DNA from: the human T2T-CHM13v2.0 reference genome, Homo sapiens
DNA: 64,000 nucleotides
Assembly: GCF_009914755.1 (NCBI RefSeq)
Contig: NC_060934.1
Direction: 5' to 3' (one strand)
Part shown: positions 42,215 through 55,976 of the stretch, one piece after another
Numbering within the stretch: position 1 is the stretch's first letter
Layout: every line of letters starts with the position of its first letter
Position numbers and translations under genes: made by a program
The notes under the pieces: model-generated
The model's database searches: none
The model's input: the letters and a program-made list of their open reading frames with translations, nothing else
What the model was told of the DNA's origin: nothing

Positions 42215-42564
42215 TTCATATGCTTGTTGGCTATCTGTATATCTTCTTTGAGGAAATGTCTACTCAAGTCTTTTGTTCATTTTCTAATTTTTTTTGTGGT
42301 TGTTGAGCTTATATAGCTATTTATAGTTTTTCAAGTGTATTATAAAGTGTTTCAGATATACACAAATATAAAAATAACTTTTTATACATGTTTTATATAC
42401 CTGTATATTCCTAAAAACATGTATTCTGCATACAGCATGTTTTACTAGTTATAAAACACAATATAAATCACTGTTTATATTCTCCTGCAACTCCAGTGAT
42501 CGTGCCTCCAAGATTCAGGCTCAGTGCGTGCAGTCTCCATTCATTCATTCTCACTGTCTGCAAC

Positions 42565-43355
42565 AGCAGGGCTCAAACCTGTTAGTCTTTTTTTTTTTTT
42601 TTTTGTCTTTCTAGACAGAGTCTTGCTCTGTTGCCCAGGCTGGAGTGCAGTGGTGTAATCACAGCTCACTGCGGCCTCCACCTCTTGGGTTCAAGTGATC
42701 CTCCCCTTCAGTGTCCCAACTAGTTACACTGCAGGCATGCACCACCACACCCAGCTAGTTTCTTTTTTATTTTTTGTAGACACAGGGTCTCACTAGGTTG
42801 CTCAGGCCAGTCTCAAACTCCTGACCTCAAGTGATCCTCCTGCCTTGGCCTCCCAAAGTGCTGGGATCACAGGTGTGAGTCGCTGCACCCAACCAAACTT
42901 TTTACTCTAAGAATTATTTTATTCTCTTAAAAATTGTGAGAAAAACAAAGAGCTTTGGTTTATAGGGATTATATCTGTCAATATTTACCACATCAGAAAA
43001 TAAGGAGAAAAATTAAAATATTTTTTTTAATTAAAAATAATGAAAACCTATCATGTAATACGTGAAGACAACATATTTTATGATAAATAATTATGTTTTT
43101 CAAAGCAAAAAACATTGAAAAAAAGTGGCACTGTTTGACACTTTTGTGATCTCTTTAATGTCTGGTTTAATAGAAGACAGTTTCTGCGTTTAGCCTGTGG
43201 CTATCAGAACATGCAGTCTCTGGAAAACTTCAAGGTACAGAATGAGAGTGAAAAGGAAAAATAGACCTCAGTAATACTGTGAAATCAGTTTTGACTTTGC
43301 AAACTCCCTGAAAAGGTTTTAATGATCTCCTGGACCACACTTTGAGAACCACTGC
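42565..43355. mobile_element. hAT-Charlie element interrupted by an AluJ
   Basis: cagcagggctcaaac...ggaccacactttgagaaccactg termini. Confidence 0.6.
42587..42894 (-). mobile_element. Alu (AluJ-like)
   Basis: Alu reverse complement. Confidence 0.93.
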
Positions 43356-43380
43356 TGCAGATTCCATCGGAATAGACATA

Positions 43381-43680
43381 CGAGGCAGGCAGATCGCTTG
43401 AGCTCAGGACTTTGAGACCAGCCTGGGCAACATAGCAAAATCCTGCCTCTACTAAAAATACAAAAATTAGCTGGGCATGGTAGTGTGTTCCTGTGGCCCC
43501 AGGTACTCAGGAGGCTGAGGTGGGAGGATCACCTGAGCCCTGGAGGTGGAGGTTGCAGAGAGCCGAGATAGTGCCACTGCACTCCAGCCTGGGTGACAGA
43601 GCAAGACCCTGTCTCAAAAAAAAAAAAAAATAAAAAAATAAAAATAAAAAAAAACAAACAAAAGAAGAAGAAGAAGAAAG
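43381..43680 (+). mobile_element. Alu (AluJ-like), 5'-truncated, tail ends in (GAA)n
   Basis: Alu consensus match. Confidence 0.93.
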
Positions 43681-44189
43681 AAATATGCTATCCATCTTTT
43701 CTTCTATTGATGTTTCATCTTTTCCTTTTTTTCCTTCTTCTTCCTTCCTCCTCCTTCTCCTCCACTTTCTTATAACTCATGCTGCTGTGAACATCCTTGT
43801 AGATACCTCCTTGGGAACATATTTGAGAGTTTCGATAGAATACATGCAAAGCAATAGACCTACAAAGTTGCGGTATGCACATATCTTCAACTTTGGCAGT
43901 TACTTCCAAATTTCTTACCAAACTTTAAAATCTATAAATGTGTCACTAAATTATTTCTGAGCACCTAAAACTTTAGTCAAGGTTATCCCTGGGAGGCAGG
44001 ACCTGAAATGTGACTATAATTTTATACATTAAAATATAATTGATAGTACAGAATTATATTTGGTATGGAGAAAGGTCTCTAGAACAAAAAAGTGCAGTGG
44101 AAACAGTAAAAAAAAAACAGAGTGTCGCAGACATCAAGTCTCGGAGCACTCATTCAAGTAGTAGTTCAAGTAGGGAAGAAAGACTAATT

Positions 44190-44300
44190 CACCTGTTTGC
44201 TGAATTCAGCTGTGTGACCTTAGGCAAGTTACTTTACCTCTCTGGGTCTAATGTTCTCATCTGTAAAGTGCTGCTATTTCGTGATTCTAGGAATTGAAAC
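44190..44300 (+). mobile_element. MIR fragment
   Basis: agctgtgtgaccttaggcaagttactttacctctctg...ctcatctgtaaa. Confidence 0.7.
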
Positions 44301-44879
44301 CCACGACCGTCAGGAAGATTATAGTCTCCTTGGGATACAGGACTCATATACAAAGCAACCAAGGCCAGTTGGTACCAAAGTCCATGCAACGTTGCAGAAG
44401 GAACTGCAACTCCGAAGAGAGAGAACTCTCCAGCAGTAGTTTCAGGAGAAAAATGGGGGTCCAAACTGGGAATTAAAGTGTGGTTGGAACTGAATTAGGG
44501 GAGATATGTTTGGGGAAGTGAGACAATATGAGAACAGTTTTCCTTTCTATTACTTTGATTTGGCAATATTTAGAGGGTGTTAGCTTAGTTTCAGGGCCTG
44601 GGGAAATGCTGTGGCCTCTGGCATTTTCTGTCTACAGCTGGAAATGTAAAAGGCATCTGTAAGCCACATCCACTACATCCACTGTAGAAAGAGGCACGGC
44701 TCACTCATCCCCACCTCAGGAACTCTGTCAACTCTTGTGGGGGCTTTACAGAAAATGAAAATGGAAATTGTGTTAGGAAAATGATCCCAATATCAGACAT
44801 TTCTTTCAATAAGTCTTTTATTAGAATTTACTTTCATTGGGAAGATAATTCATTTCCATTAAAAATTACTAAGTCTACA

Positions 44880-45406
44880 AAGAATCTAAAACAGAACTAC
44901 CATTTGAACCTGCAATTCCATCACTGGGTATATATCCAAAAGAAAATAAATCACCCTACCAAAAAGACACACGCATATCTATGTTCGTGGCAACACCATT
45001 AACAACAGCAAAGACATGGAGTCAACCTAGATGCTCATAAGGAAAATGTAGTACATAGACACCATGGAACACTATACAGCCACAAAAAAGAATGGAATCA
45101 TGTCCTTTGCAGCAACATGATTGCAGCTAGAGGCTATGATCCTAAGTGGTGAATGCAGGAACAGATAATCAAATAATGCATATTCTCACTTAGAAGTGGG
45201 AGCTAAATATTGGGTACTCATGGACATAAAGATGGCAACGATAGATACTGGGGACAAGTAAAGGTGGGAGGGAGGGGGTCTAGGGTTGAAAAACTAACTA
45301 TTGGGTACTATGCTCAGTTCCTGGGTGATGGGATCAATCGCACCCTAAACCTCAGTATCATGTAATATACTCCCTGTATCTAAAATAAAAGTTAAAAAAA
45401 AAAAAG
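44880..45406 (+). mobile_element. L1 3' end (old L1PA/L1PB/L1MA)
   Basis: cagaactaccatttga...ctgggtatatatccaaa...tatctaaaataaaagtt plus A tail. Confidence 0.85.
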
Positions 45407-45857
45407 ATCTAATGCTATAGTGACACATGTAAACCTCCTCGAGAAGGATCTGTTCATGTCACCCATAATAGACATTAACACAGACTGGTTATTTGTATAC
45501 ATAACAGGAAAAACCACTTATCTTCCTAAATGATGCGTATACAAACTACTGTGGGAACTTCTATTTCAGACAACAGACATTCAGTGAATAATGCAATCCT
45601 CTGGAAGAGAACACTAAACAGAAACAGATTCACAATTCTGTGCTATCATTTGGATGGGGGAAAAAAGACATTCATTGTTGTGTATGCGTATGATAAAGAA
45701 AATATTTAATTCAAAGTAGGATTTAGAGAGGTTCAAAGCTTCAGCTGATTTGAATCACTTTAAGGGTAAAGCATTATATCAATTTCATAGCATTGTATTA
45801 ATAATAAGGTTTTATAAATGGATACCACATGGTGGATTTAAAAAAAAACAGGGTATG

Positions 45858-46214
<357 letters not shown>

Positions 46215-46281
46215 TTATACAGCAGAAGAATAACTTATTCCTTTTTCTTATCCCATGATTAATGCTTTAAAAGCAACAAAT

Positions 46282-46588
46282 AGGTTAGCATGAGGGCTCA
46301 TGCCTGTAATCCCAGCACTTTGGGAGGCTGAGATAGGAGGATCACTTGAGGCCAGGGGTTAGAGACCAGCCTGGGCAACATAGCAAAACTCACATCTCTA
46401 CAAAAAATTTAAGAAACCAGCTGGGTGCAGTGGCATACGCTTGTAGTCCTAGCTACTCAAGAGGGTAAGGTGGGAGGAATGTTTGAGCCCAGGAGTTAGA
46501 GGCTACAGTGAGCTGTAATTGCACCACTGCACTCCAGCCTGAGCAACAAAGCAAGACCCTGTCTTGGAAAAAAAAAAAAAAAAAAAAA
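46282..46588 (+). mobile_element. Alu (AluJ-like)
   Basis: Dimeric Alu with polyA. Confidence 0.93.
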
Positions 46589-46594
46589 GCAACA

Positions 46595-46832
46595 CTTAAT
46601 ATGAGCTACCTGGAAGAGGCAAATTCATAGAGACAAAGAGTAGAAGGGGGTGGCCTGGGACTGAAAGGAGAGGGAAATGGAGAGTTACTGCTTACTGGGT
46701 ACAGAGCTTCTGCTTGGGTCATGAAAACATTCTGGAAACAGTCATGAATCTAATTAATGCCACTGCACTTTACACTTAAAGTGGTTAAAATTGTAAATTT
46801 TATGTTGTTTATTTTCACTACAATAAAAAACA
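46595..46832 (+). mobile_element. L1MB 3' terminal fragment
   Basis: ggcaaattcatagagaca...cacttaaagtggttaaaattgtaaattttatgtt. Confidence 0.8.
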
Positions 46833-46949
46833 ATGAATTATGTAAGCATTTGATTTATTGCTGAATTTGCCAACAATCTTGGCTTTATTTTTGATCTTAT
46901 TCCTGGCCTGTTTATTTTCCAATTTCCTAAACGGGCTGTCCCACACTTG

Positions 46950-48310
46950 TTCCCCTTATGTCTCCAAAACCATGACTCTGCCTTCTCCACCTCGGCAGAT
47001 GAGCTTGTTAATTTTAAGGAAAAACTGGAAGCCGCAAGACATAAATGGCTCAACTTCCTTCGCTCTGGTTCAACTTATCCCAGTCTCCATCTAGTTCTTC
47101 CCTGAATGCCTCATGCATACATGATCCTAACCCTGTACACACTCTTGGAATTGTTCTTTTCTTTAACCCCTTGCCATTCTTGTGATTTCTGCCTGTCTCC
47201 CACTCCCGCTTATAAACACCCTCCGGTTTTGCAACCTCTAACAACTTCTGCCGTGGCTTCTCCCGCTGCTATGGCCTTACCTCCCTTCCTTCGCCAACCA
47301 GCTTCCTGAACCATCTTTGCTTCCTCCCCTTCCATTCGCTTCTCTGCCCTCTGCCATATGGATTCCTCCAGCCAGCACTCTGTGGATCTATCTTGCTCCC
47401 TGCAAGAGCGCTGATGACTTGGTCATTTCCAGACCCTGCGGCTGGAAATGGTCTTCCTCCTCAACCAGAGACCTTCTTCCTTTTGTTCCAGAGACCTTTC
47501 TCTATACCAAATGTAACTCTGTACTATCAATTGTATTTTAATTCAATTTCTTGGTCTTCCTCCTTGACACTGCACAGGACACTGTCGACTCCCTTCTTCT
47601 CTCCTGCTCTCCTTCCCTCTCAGCTCACTCTTCAGCTTATTCTGTTGGTTTCACTTCTTTACCTAACTATTTTGGAATACATTTTGACTTTCCTCCCCCT
47701 TTTTTTTAAACCAACATTTCTGGTCAATCTCATCTATTTTGATGGCTCCTATGACCCTCTACCTAGTAGTAGCCTCAAAAAGAATATCTTTCTTGAACTA
47801 TACATTCACTTTCTTCGGTCCCCTGTATTCAACTCCATATTGGACCTTTCCAGGTGATGTTCCACCAGCCCCTCAAACACAACTGAAACAAACATGAATT
47901 CTACTTTTTCCAGTGTCTGTACCTCTCCTCTCTGTCCTGTCTTGATCAATGGAATTACCACTTACTGAGTCTTCCAAGCTAGAAATATTGGAACCAGCTG
48001 AGTTCTCCTTCATCTTCATCTCCTCCAACCATCTACGCAACAAGTCCCATGGATTTTTCTGGTTATTTTTGTTGCATTTCATCACTGCTCTTCAGTCTTT
48101 TAGCTCTGGAACTTCAGACATTTTCTCTTAATAATTTCATGATTCCAATAGATGTTTAATTACTTATCCCCTTGCTCTTTCACGCTGCCTTTTCCACCCC
48201 TACACGGGCCATGTGAGCTGTCTTTTAAAAAAATCTCTTCCTTGCTTTGAAACATGAAGCAGATTCTCTTTGTCTGAACTATAAAGTCCAGACTCATGAC
48301 CCACACAACC
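46950..48310 (+). mobile_element. L2 relic
   Basis: Pyrimidine-rich L2 motifs (ctcaaacacaac, cttgatcaatggaattaccac). Confidence 0.55.
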
Positions 48311-49504
48311 TCTTTATTACAGATCAACTTCAAAATTTTAAGGGGATTCCATTATGGCTAAAGATATATATTAAACAAGGCATTTTAAAAAGATGTTTTG
48401 GTTTCTTAAAATGGATCCTTCTGAATAGCCTTGAAATTGTTTAAAAGAACTCTAAAGAAAACAATCTTCCCTTACACACTACTAAAGATGTAAACAGACA
48501 TACAGTACTATTTTGTTTTTTTTAAAAAAGGCTTAGTAAACACAAAGAGGAGTTACATACTGAAACCCACAGCTGATTTAATTTGCAAAACCACAGCGTT
48601 AGCTTGACTAAAGTAAAGATGACACAGATAAAATGCAACCAGAAAACTGAGATAAAAGATACAGGATAAATAACTTAAGCTGATGGTTTAGCAAGCAAAC
48701 ATCATGGGTGTAACATGAAGATCTGAGAAGTGACTTCGGTCCAGGAAACTCACTCCACAGAGTCCCTAGGAGCAGCAGGTTTTTAGGAGAATCACAGCAT
48801 GCTGGAATATCGTCATCTATTCTTGCACTTGTGAGGAGGTGGTCACCGTGATGCAGGAAGAGAAATAAGATTTTAAAGTTGAAGTTGAGGGGTCTAATTT
48901 CTTATTTTACTATTTTTATCTCTATGTTAGGAAGATTTGGGGAAAATTCTCAGAGACAGTCTTTATCCTTAGGGTGTAAGAGAAGGGGGCGACGAGAAAC
49001 TTCATTTAGAGCTGAACTAGGGCTATTGATTCTCCGGTGAGACATTTAGAGAGTCCCAAGTGCATGGTCACGCGCAGAGAGGCACGTCCCGTCAGCGGTG
49101 ACATGTGCTGCCGTTAAAAGCAGGGCAGAAGGTGAGAGCTTGGGCCTGGGCTGCATGAGTGGGAATTAATCAGGCAATTCTTGGGGTTCTTTCTACTCAT
49201 TGGCCTATCTGCTAACATTTCAGCAATAGGCAATAAAAAGTTAAGGTTTAAAAAGAAAAGTTACGTATCCTCATTAGGAACATAAATGACCACAGTCAGA
49301 TACCTTATACTACGCTCACTAGGAAGAAATATTCATTAGTCACCAACTAGGTGCCAGGAAAAGAACTGGCAAAGGAACTTCTGGGTAATAAAAGAGCCCT
49401 GGTCCCAGCCCTTGAGGACTGGGGCAGATAAGAGCTGTGCATTGTTTGGGCCAGGGAAGGAGGGACATGCCTTTTTCTAGATCATCTAGTGACTCCTTTG
49501 TAAT

Positions 49505-49794
49505 TTTTTTTCTTTTGAGATAGTCTCGCTCTGCCACCCAGGCTGGAGTGCAGTGGCAGTTTCGGCTCACTGCAATTTCCACCTCCTGGGTTCAAGAGAT
49601 TCTCCTGCCTCAGCCTCCTGAGTAGCTGGGACTACAGGCATCCACCACCACACCCAGCTAATTTTTATATTTTTAGTAGAGATGGGATTTCGCCAAGTTG
49701 GCCAGGATGGTCTCGAACTCCTGACCTCAGGTGATCTGCCTGCCTCGGCCTCCCAAAGTGCTGAGATTACAGGTGTGAGCCACCGTGCCTGGCC
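49505..49794 (-). mobile_element. Alu (AluS)
   Basis: Alu reverse complement. Confidence 0.95.
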
Positions 49795-50889
49795 TGTATC
49801 TTTTTCTGTTAACCATGATTTTGTGGCAGCAAGTACAATATCAGATATTTTTCTTCACTCTCCATCAAAAAAGGAAACATTTAATAATCTAAAAACAGGC
49901 CAGGTTCTAGAAATTCTCTTTACCTCTTCACCGTCTTTGTTTTATTGTTCTTTGAGTTTTGTGTGTGTTTGTTTTTATTGATACATCATATTTTGCATAT
50001 TTATGGGGCACATGTGGTATTTTGTTACGTACACAGAATGTGTAGTGGTCAAGTCACTGTATTTGAGGTGCCTGACTTTACCTTATTTGTGTGTTATTTA
50101 CTTAGCTATTGTCTTTCGACTCCAAAAAAAAGTAGGCATAGGCTTGACGAGGGTCAGTACCTTTCTCCTTCTCTTCTCCCCTGTATTTTAAACGCCCAGA
50201 AAAAGCCCTGACATGTTAGGTGTTTGATCAGTCAACATTTAGTGACTGAATAAAACCCAGCTTTCCCCTTCTCCTTGAAAATATCCATTTTCTCTTTGTT
50301 ACTGCCTAAGCCACCCTAATGGGTGAAGGGAATCTCAGCAGTGCTTGCATTTTTAAGAGGATCTGTGTCCCCTAAGATCCTAGCTGGCAGCATTTCAGGT
50401 GCTGGATAGAATAAGGTGTAGGGAGAACTTTCTGGACTATTTTGAGACTAGGTGAGGAGCGGCGTGCTACAGGCAGTCATCCTTGATTTGCTGGGAAGCC
50501 TACTGGAAGGAGAAAGAAACCCCTCTGTGCTGTTTTTGGTTTTCACAGCTTCTTCTTCCCCTCCATGACTGAATCTAAAAACCTTCTGCAAACACTGGCT
50601 GGGAGGCAGCGCATCATGGAACCATCAGGACAAAATGAACCCGTAGAAAGTGTGGCGACTTTGTCTCCGCCCCTGAGATAGTGTTTCACGGATATGCTGC
50701 ACTTCGTGGCTATTCTAATTTTTCTCCGTATTCATTTTCAGGCCTAATGCTTACATACTCAGTGAATTGTTCAGCCTCTGAAAATGTGTCTATTTGGTCA
50801 AATATAAATAATCCATTTTATTTTCTATTTTAGAAACCAAGCCAAAACAAAGTATAGGTTTCTTGAAATTTTAAAAATTATTCTTTTGA

Positions 50890-51187
<298 letters not shown>

Positions 51188-51227
51188 TTATTCTTTTCAA
51201 ATTGCTGACTAAAAAATTCTTCCTTGA

Positions 51228-51543
51228 GGCTGGGTGCTCATACCTGTAATCCCAGCACTCTGGGAGGCCAAGACAGGCAGATTGCTTGAGTCCAAGGGTT
51301 TGAGGCTAGCCTGGGCAACACAGCGAAACTGTGTCTCTACTAAAAATACAAAAAGTTAGCTGGGTGTGGTGGTGTGCACCTGTAATCCTAGCTACTCAGG
51401 AGGCTGAGGTGGGAGGATCACCTGAGCCTGGGAGGTGCAGCCTACATTGAGCTGAGATTGTGCTGTACTCCAGCCTGGACAACCAGAGTGAGACCCTGTC
51501 TCAAAAAAAAAAAAAAAAAAAAAAGAAACAAGAAAAAAAGAAA
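51228..51543 (+). mobile_element. Alu (AluJ-like)
   Basis: Dimeric Alu with polyA. Confidence 0.93.
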
Positions 51544-52809
51544 TGTTTCCTTGAATAAGGGTATCTTTTTGAACTTTTTGGAATCTTGTGCTTCAGGACC
51601 CTGTCAAATATTACTAAACAATACATATCTGAGACAATCAGAAATTTGACGTGAACCTACAATTGATTTACATACACAGAAACACACTGACTCAAAAGTC
51701 AATTAAAAAGTTACAAAGGCCTATGCCAAAAAATAATTTATGTAGATCTCACAGTATGACAGAATAGATTACTTTTTTAAATTCTCAGAACGGCTCCATA
51801 AAGTTGAAGTTCAAACCTCCAAGTTATGACTCAAGAATGTTAATCTGGCCACCATTCTCGCTGGTTTTTAATTAAACAAACTTTCTTCTTAACAGCTCTT
51901 TGCAAGTGACAGTCGTCAGTACGTATGTGTGTGGGTGTGGGCATGTATGTTGATATGATAGAACTTGCTGTTTTTAATGTGTTTAGCATGTTATTAAACA
52001 CAGCATGAAAGAGTTGAGGAAAGCAGGAAGAAGGGAGGAGAGTTCAAGCAAAAAGTAAAGGGAGTTGGAGATCTGAGGTGAACAAAAGTCTGAAAAAGCA
52101 GATTAGGATTCTAAAATAAGCTTTTAAGGTTTACTTAAAATATAGTTTAAAATTTACAACATTGTCAGTTCAAAATAATGCTGGTAGGAAGGAAATACAT
52201 TGAGCCACGGACCTGGCATCTGGAGATACCGGAAAGGAAAGAGAGAGGGATTGAGGTGGACGCTCGTGGGTAAGGAAGAACGAAGGAGAAGCCCACTCAG
52301 GCTTGTCTATGAACTCATCTGTGTGGTTCTCCTGCAGGGCAGCCTCATAAATGCCCCGGTCAGTGCTGGACCCCAAAGAAAACCACTGTGGCCATCTCCT
52401 GTCTCCCTCACAAGTTTTCCCTGAAAAGACAACAACTTCCGGAGTTCCATGCGGTTTTTCAGCCTTTTCCAAATCTCTCTAAACACCAGGAGGAATGTTC
52501 ACATGCTTCAGCAGAGAGACGCACGCTTCAGGGCCCAGCAGAGAATGCCTGGAGAAGAACCCAGCCAAGCCGACTGGATCTTAGCAGAGCTCCCGGCTTG
52601 ATGATTATGCTCAACCAGAGTGAGTGTTCTCTCCATTACTAACATAAGTAATACATTGGACAGCAAAACAAGGAAATAGCCCCAAACAGTAATTGAGATA
52701 TAAAGGGAGAAGGAAGTCTCAAAACCCACTTCTCAGAATTAACTCCAATGTCAGGTAGTATTTTTAAACATAAGTCAGTAGATAAGGTATAGTCCCAAAA
52801 TCAGGCTTT

Positions 52810-53036
52810 GCTACATGGAGTATTAAGAACACAGATCATGGCATCAAACTGCTTGAGTTCAAATTCCAGTTCTGCTGTATGGTAGCTCTGTGGCTTTAAA
52901 CAAGCTATTTAACCTCACTTTTCTTATCTGAAAAATGAGGATCATAATAGGATTAAATGGGTTAATGGATGCAAAGTGATTAGAACAGTTACTAGTAGAC
53001 AGAAAAAGCTCAGTCTATGTTAGCTATAATTATTAT
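52810..53036 (+). mobile_element. MIR
   Basis: gagttcaaattccagttctg...tctgaaaaatgaggat...ggattaaatg. Confidence 0.75.
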
Positions 53037-53857
53037 ATACTCAGAGTCAAAAGAACACTCATCATGTTTTCTTCCAAGATTTAGCACTAAAATATTTTCT
53101 GTAGTGATTACTTTTTAGTTTTTTTGTTGAAAAAAGGCTATGGATTCTTTCAAGGTGGGCTTCCTTGGTTGGCTCTCAGCTGCCACCTCCCCTCCCCCAA
53201 CAAAACAATAGCCCCTGTCCCTTGTCAACTAGATCCCAGCGCACAGTTTCACTTTAAAGGCATGCAATCACTTTGGCTCAAGAGTGAAGATATTCAGTCG
53301 AAAGTGAAGTAAGTGACAGCTAGGATTTCAGAGCGTAAGTCTCACAGTTCCAAGAGTCCCGGAAGCAGCAACCTCACTTTGCCCAGTGCCTCTCCTCCTC
53401 TTCTCGGTGACAGGGAGGTCTACTGCATGCCTACTATGACTGAGCTCTACTGCATGTCTGGAGGTGCGTGGGTGGGATTCTGGGTGCCCTGCCTTCTGAG
53501 TCCAGGTCAGGGCTCTCCCCATGGGGACAGGTCTCCATGGCCCGTCCTGATGTTGGGCCATCTCTCCTACCTTGTCACTGCCTCTTCCCTATAAGCCCCT
53601 CACCATGACACATGCCTCGATTTCTCTTACATCGAATCAGATTTTCTGCTTTACTTTCTATGCTTGTTCGCGTCTCTTGACTACCTAGAGTGCTCTCAGC
53701 CTCCAATTGCAGTCTAAGCCCACCGCTTTGTTCCTCCTCTTCCTGCCTCCCCAGGCTCCAACTCTCCATGGGATCACACCGCCTTCTTCCTGTACAGGGT
53801 TTTCTGGTCTTTTCCCTCCGACACTCCTCCACTCTGTCATTTACCTATACTGAGCTG

Positions 53858-54460
53858 ACATTCCACCAAAATTTACTGAGCACTTGCTATGTGTGGGACT
53901 CTCTGCTCAAGCCGAGGGCTAGGGGCTAGACAGACAAAGAGATGCAGAGCCTGCCCTTGGGAGCTCACAGTGCAGTTGGGGAGGGAGGAAGGGTGTGTTA
54001 GTGCTGCTGAGCTGTCCATGTGCACAGCATGCCAGGGCACGCAGAGGAGGGACACCTTGACACAGCCCGTGGGGGCCTTTGCAGAGGAGGTGAGGTCTCA
54101 GGGGTTAGCAAAGTAACGATGTGAGCGTGAGGAAGTGCACTCAGGCCTGGGATCAGGTGCAGAGCTGTAAAATGCAAGAGGCTTCTGGGGAGCTACGAGG
54201 TGCTCAAGGACCCAAGGGAAACCTGAGTCTGGCAGGCAGGGCACAGGCTGGGAAGAACTCACGGGCCCCGCAAAGATTCGGGATTCTATTTTGCAGGTGA
54301 TACGGAGTAACCAAAGAGCTTTGCAGGGGAGTGCAGCAATCATTTTCGTTTCAGCAAGATCCTCTACCGCACATCTTCAGCGGTGTGAAGAGCGAGACTA
54401 GAGGCTCAATCTCGGAAACTAAACGAGGTCCTCTGTAGGAAATATTATGGTGTAAATGGC
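53858..54460 (-). mobile_element. L2 3' portion
   Basis: atttactgagcacttgctatgtg...cctgcccttgggagctcacag. Confidence 0.65.
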
Positions 54461-54529
54461 TGCAATACTATTGCTCGATGGCGTTTTCAAAGGCAGCTGA
54501 TGCAGCCTATCCCTTCCCCTCCCACCTGT

Positions 54530-54912
54530 CCTTCTGCGATGCCACTGTACTGCTCGCCCAGAAGTGCCCTCTGCTGCCCCTCCTTGATCTTGCCTGGCCC
54601 GTGACCTGTTTTTCACCCAAAGACCAAAGCAGCAGGAACTTCCTACTTTGGGGCCACATATGGAGGAAGACGGGGTGGGGGAATCTCAACCTCCTAGCTG
54701 CATCCATCCAGGGGCCATATAAGGGAGTGACCTCATCTCAGGTCTGACTGCAACCTTATGAGAGGGCCCTAGGGATGCTCTGAAGACCAAAACCGCCAAG
54801 CCAAGGCTGACCCAAATCCCTAGCCCACAGAATCAAGAACAAATACAATGGTGCTGTTTTTTTAAGCCACTAAGTTTGGGAGCAGTTTGTTCCATAGCAA
54901 TTGATATCTTCA
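54530..54912 (+). mobile_element. MaLR LTR (MLT1-like)
   Basis: gttttttaagccactaagtttggg...tttgttccatagcaattgata 3'-end motif. Confidence 0.7.
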
Positions 54913-55934
54913 AAGCAATGCTCTGGGTCAAATAAACAATGTCAAATAAAGAATAAACTCCCCGCTGACAATTTCAGGACAATAGCATGGGTCCACTGTC
55001 AATATATACCCACTTGTACTTCATCCTTAATTACTTGCTACCAAATCCCATTTCAAGCCTTTGTCACACTTAACTGATTAGGGCTTAAGCTTTTTAAAAA
55101 GCGGTTTTCAGAAAATGTAATCCTCTGACTCTATCTTGCAAAAGACTAAGAAAATGTGGCATGTGGATTAAAATTCCCTGGAGTTTCGTTTGAATTTTCC
55201 TATGGGTAGTGTTTAGATGAACACTCAAGCAAATATACGTTTCACTTTTTGAAACTGCAGAATGTTTGATGCTTCTTTATAATGCGCCTTCTTAGCAGCA
55301 TGGCTGGGTGTCTTGAGATAGCACAGTACTTGAATAAATAGTGTGATCTCTCTTTATGTTTACATATTTAGACCCATAGGTCTAGTCTATTTTTTCCATG
55401 AGAAAATATCTATAGTATTTTCCTGGAGAAAAGTGACTTTATTTTATTTCAATAGATACATATGCTCTCTGTTCTGAGTACTTCAAGGCTGTTCTCTCAA
55501 GAGAAGGGGTTTGCTTGCTGGTTTTCTTCTCTATGAAAATAATAAAATTCAAACATGATGCTATGTGTTAACATTTTCCTCTGCGAGCTCTAGCTATGGG
55601 AAGTTGCTAATGGTTGAGTTTTACTTTATTCATTTCTAAAAGGAAGTGCTCATTTATGCTTAGCAATGTTCGCCTTTTTTTTGGTGAAAGAAATTGCATT
55701 TATTTTATTTTAAAAAGAAACAAAAAGCCCTTTCTTCTTGTGATGCTTTTCTCTCCTAAAGCACTTTTAGTCGCAGATCTCAAGTGTACTACAAATATTA
55801 ACAAATCTCCTTGTCCAGGAACTAGGGAAGAATCCCGGGAGGAAAGTCCTTTTCATTGCAATGGCAAATATTTCAGCTGCCTCTGCTTCAGAACTTGGAA
55901 TTATGCAAGTTACTTCCCACTGAATTACGTTCCT

Positions 55935-55976
55935 CAAAAGTAATTGCAAAACCACAATTACTTTTGCAAACTAATA
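55935..55976. mobile_element. Internally deleted MADE1 remnant
   Basis: caaaagtaattgcaaaaccacaattacttttgcaaactaata. Confidence 0.7.

Noticed and set aside
43660-43680. (GAA)n at an Alu tail
   Set aside because: Only about 5 units, far too short to suggest instability.
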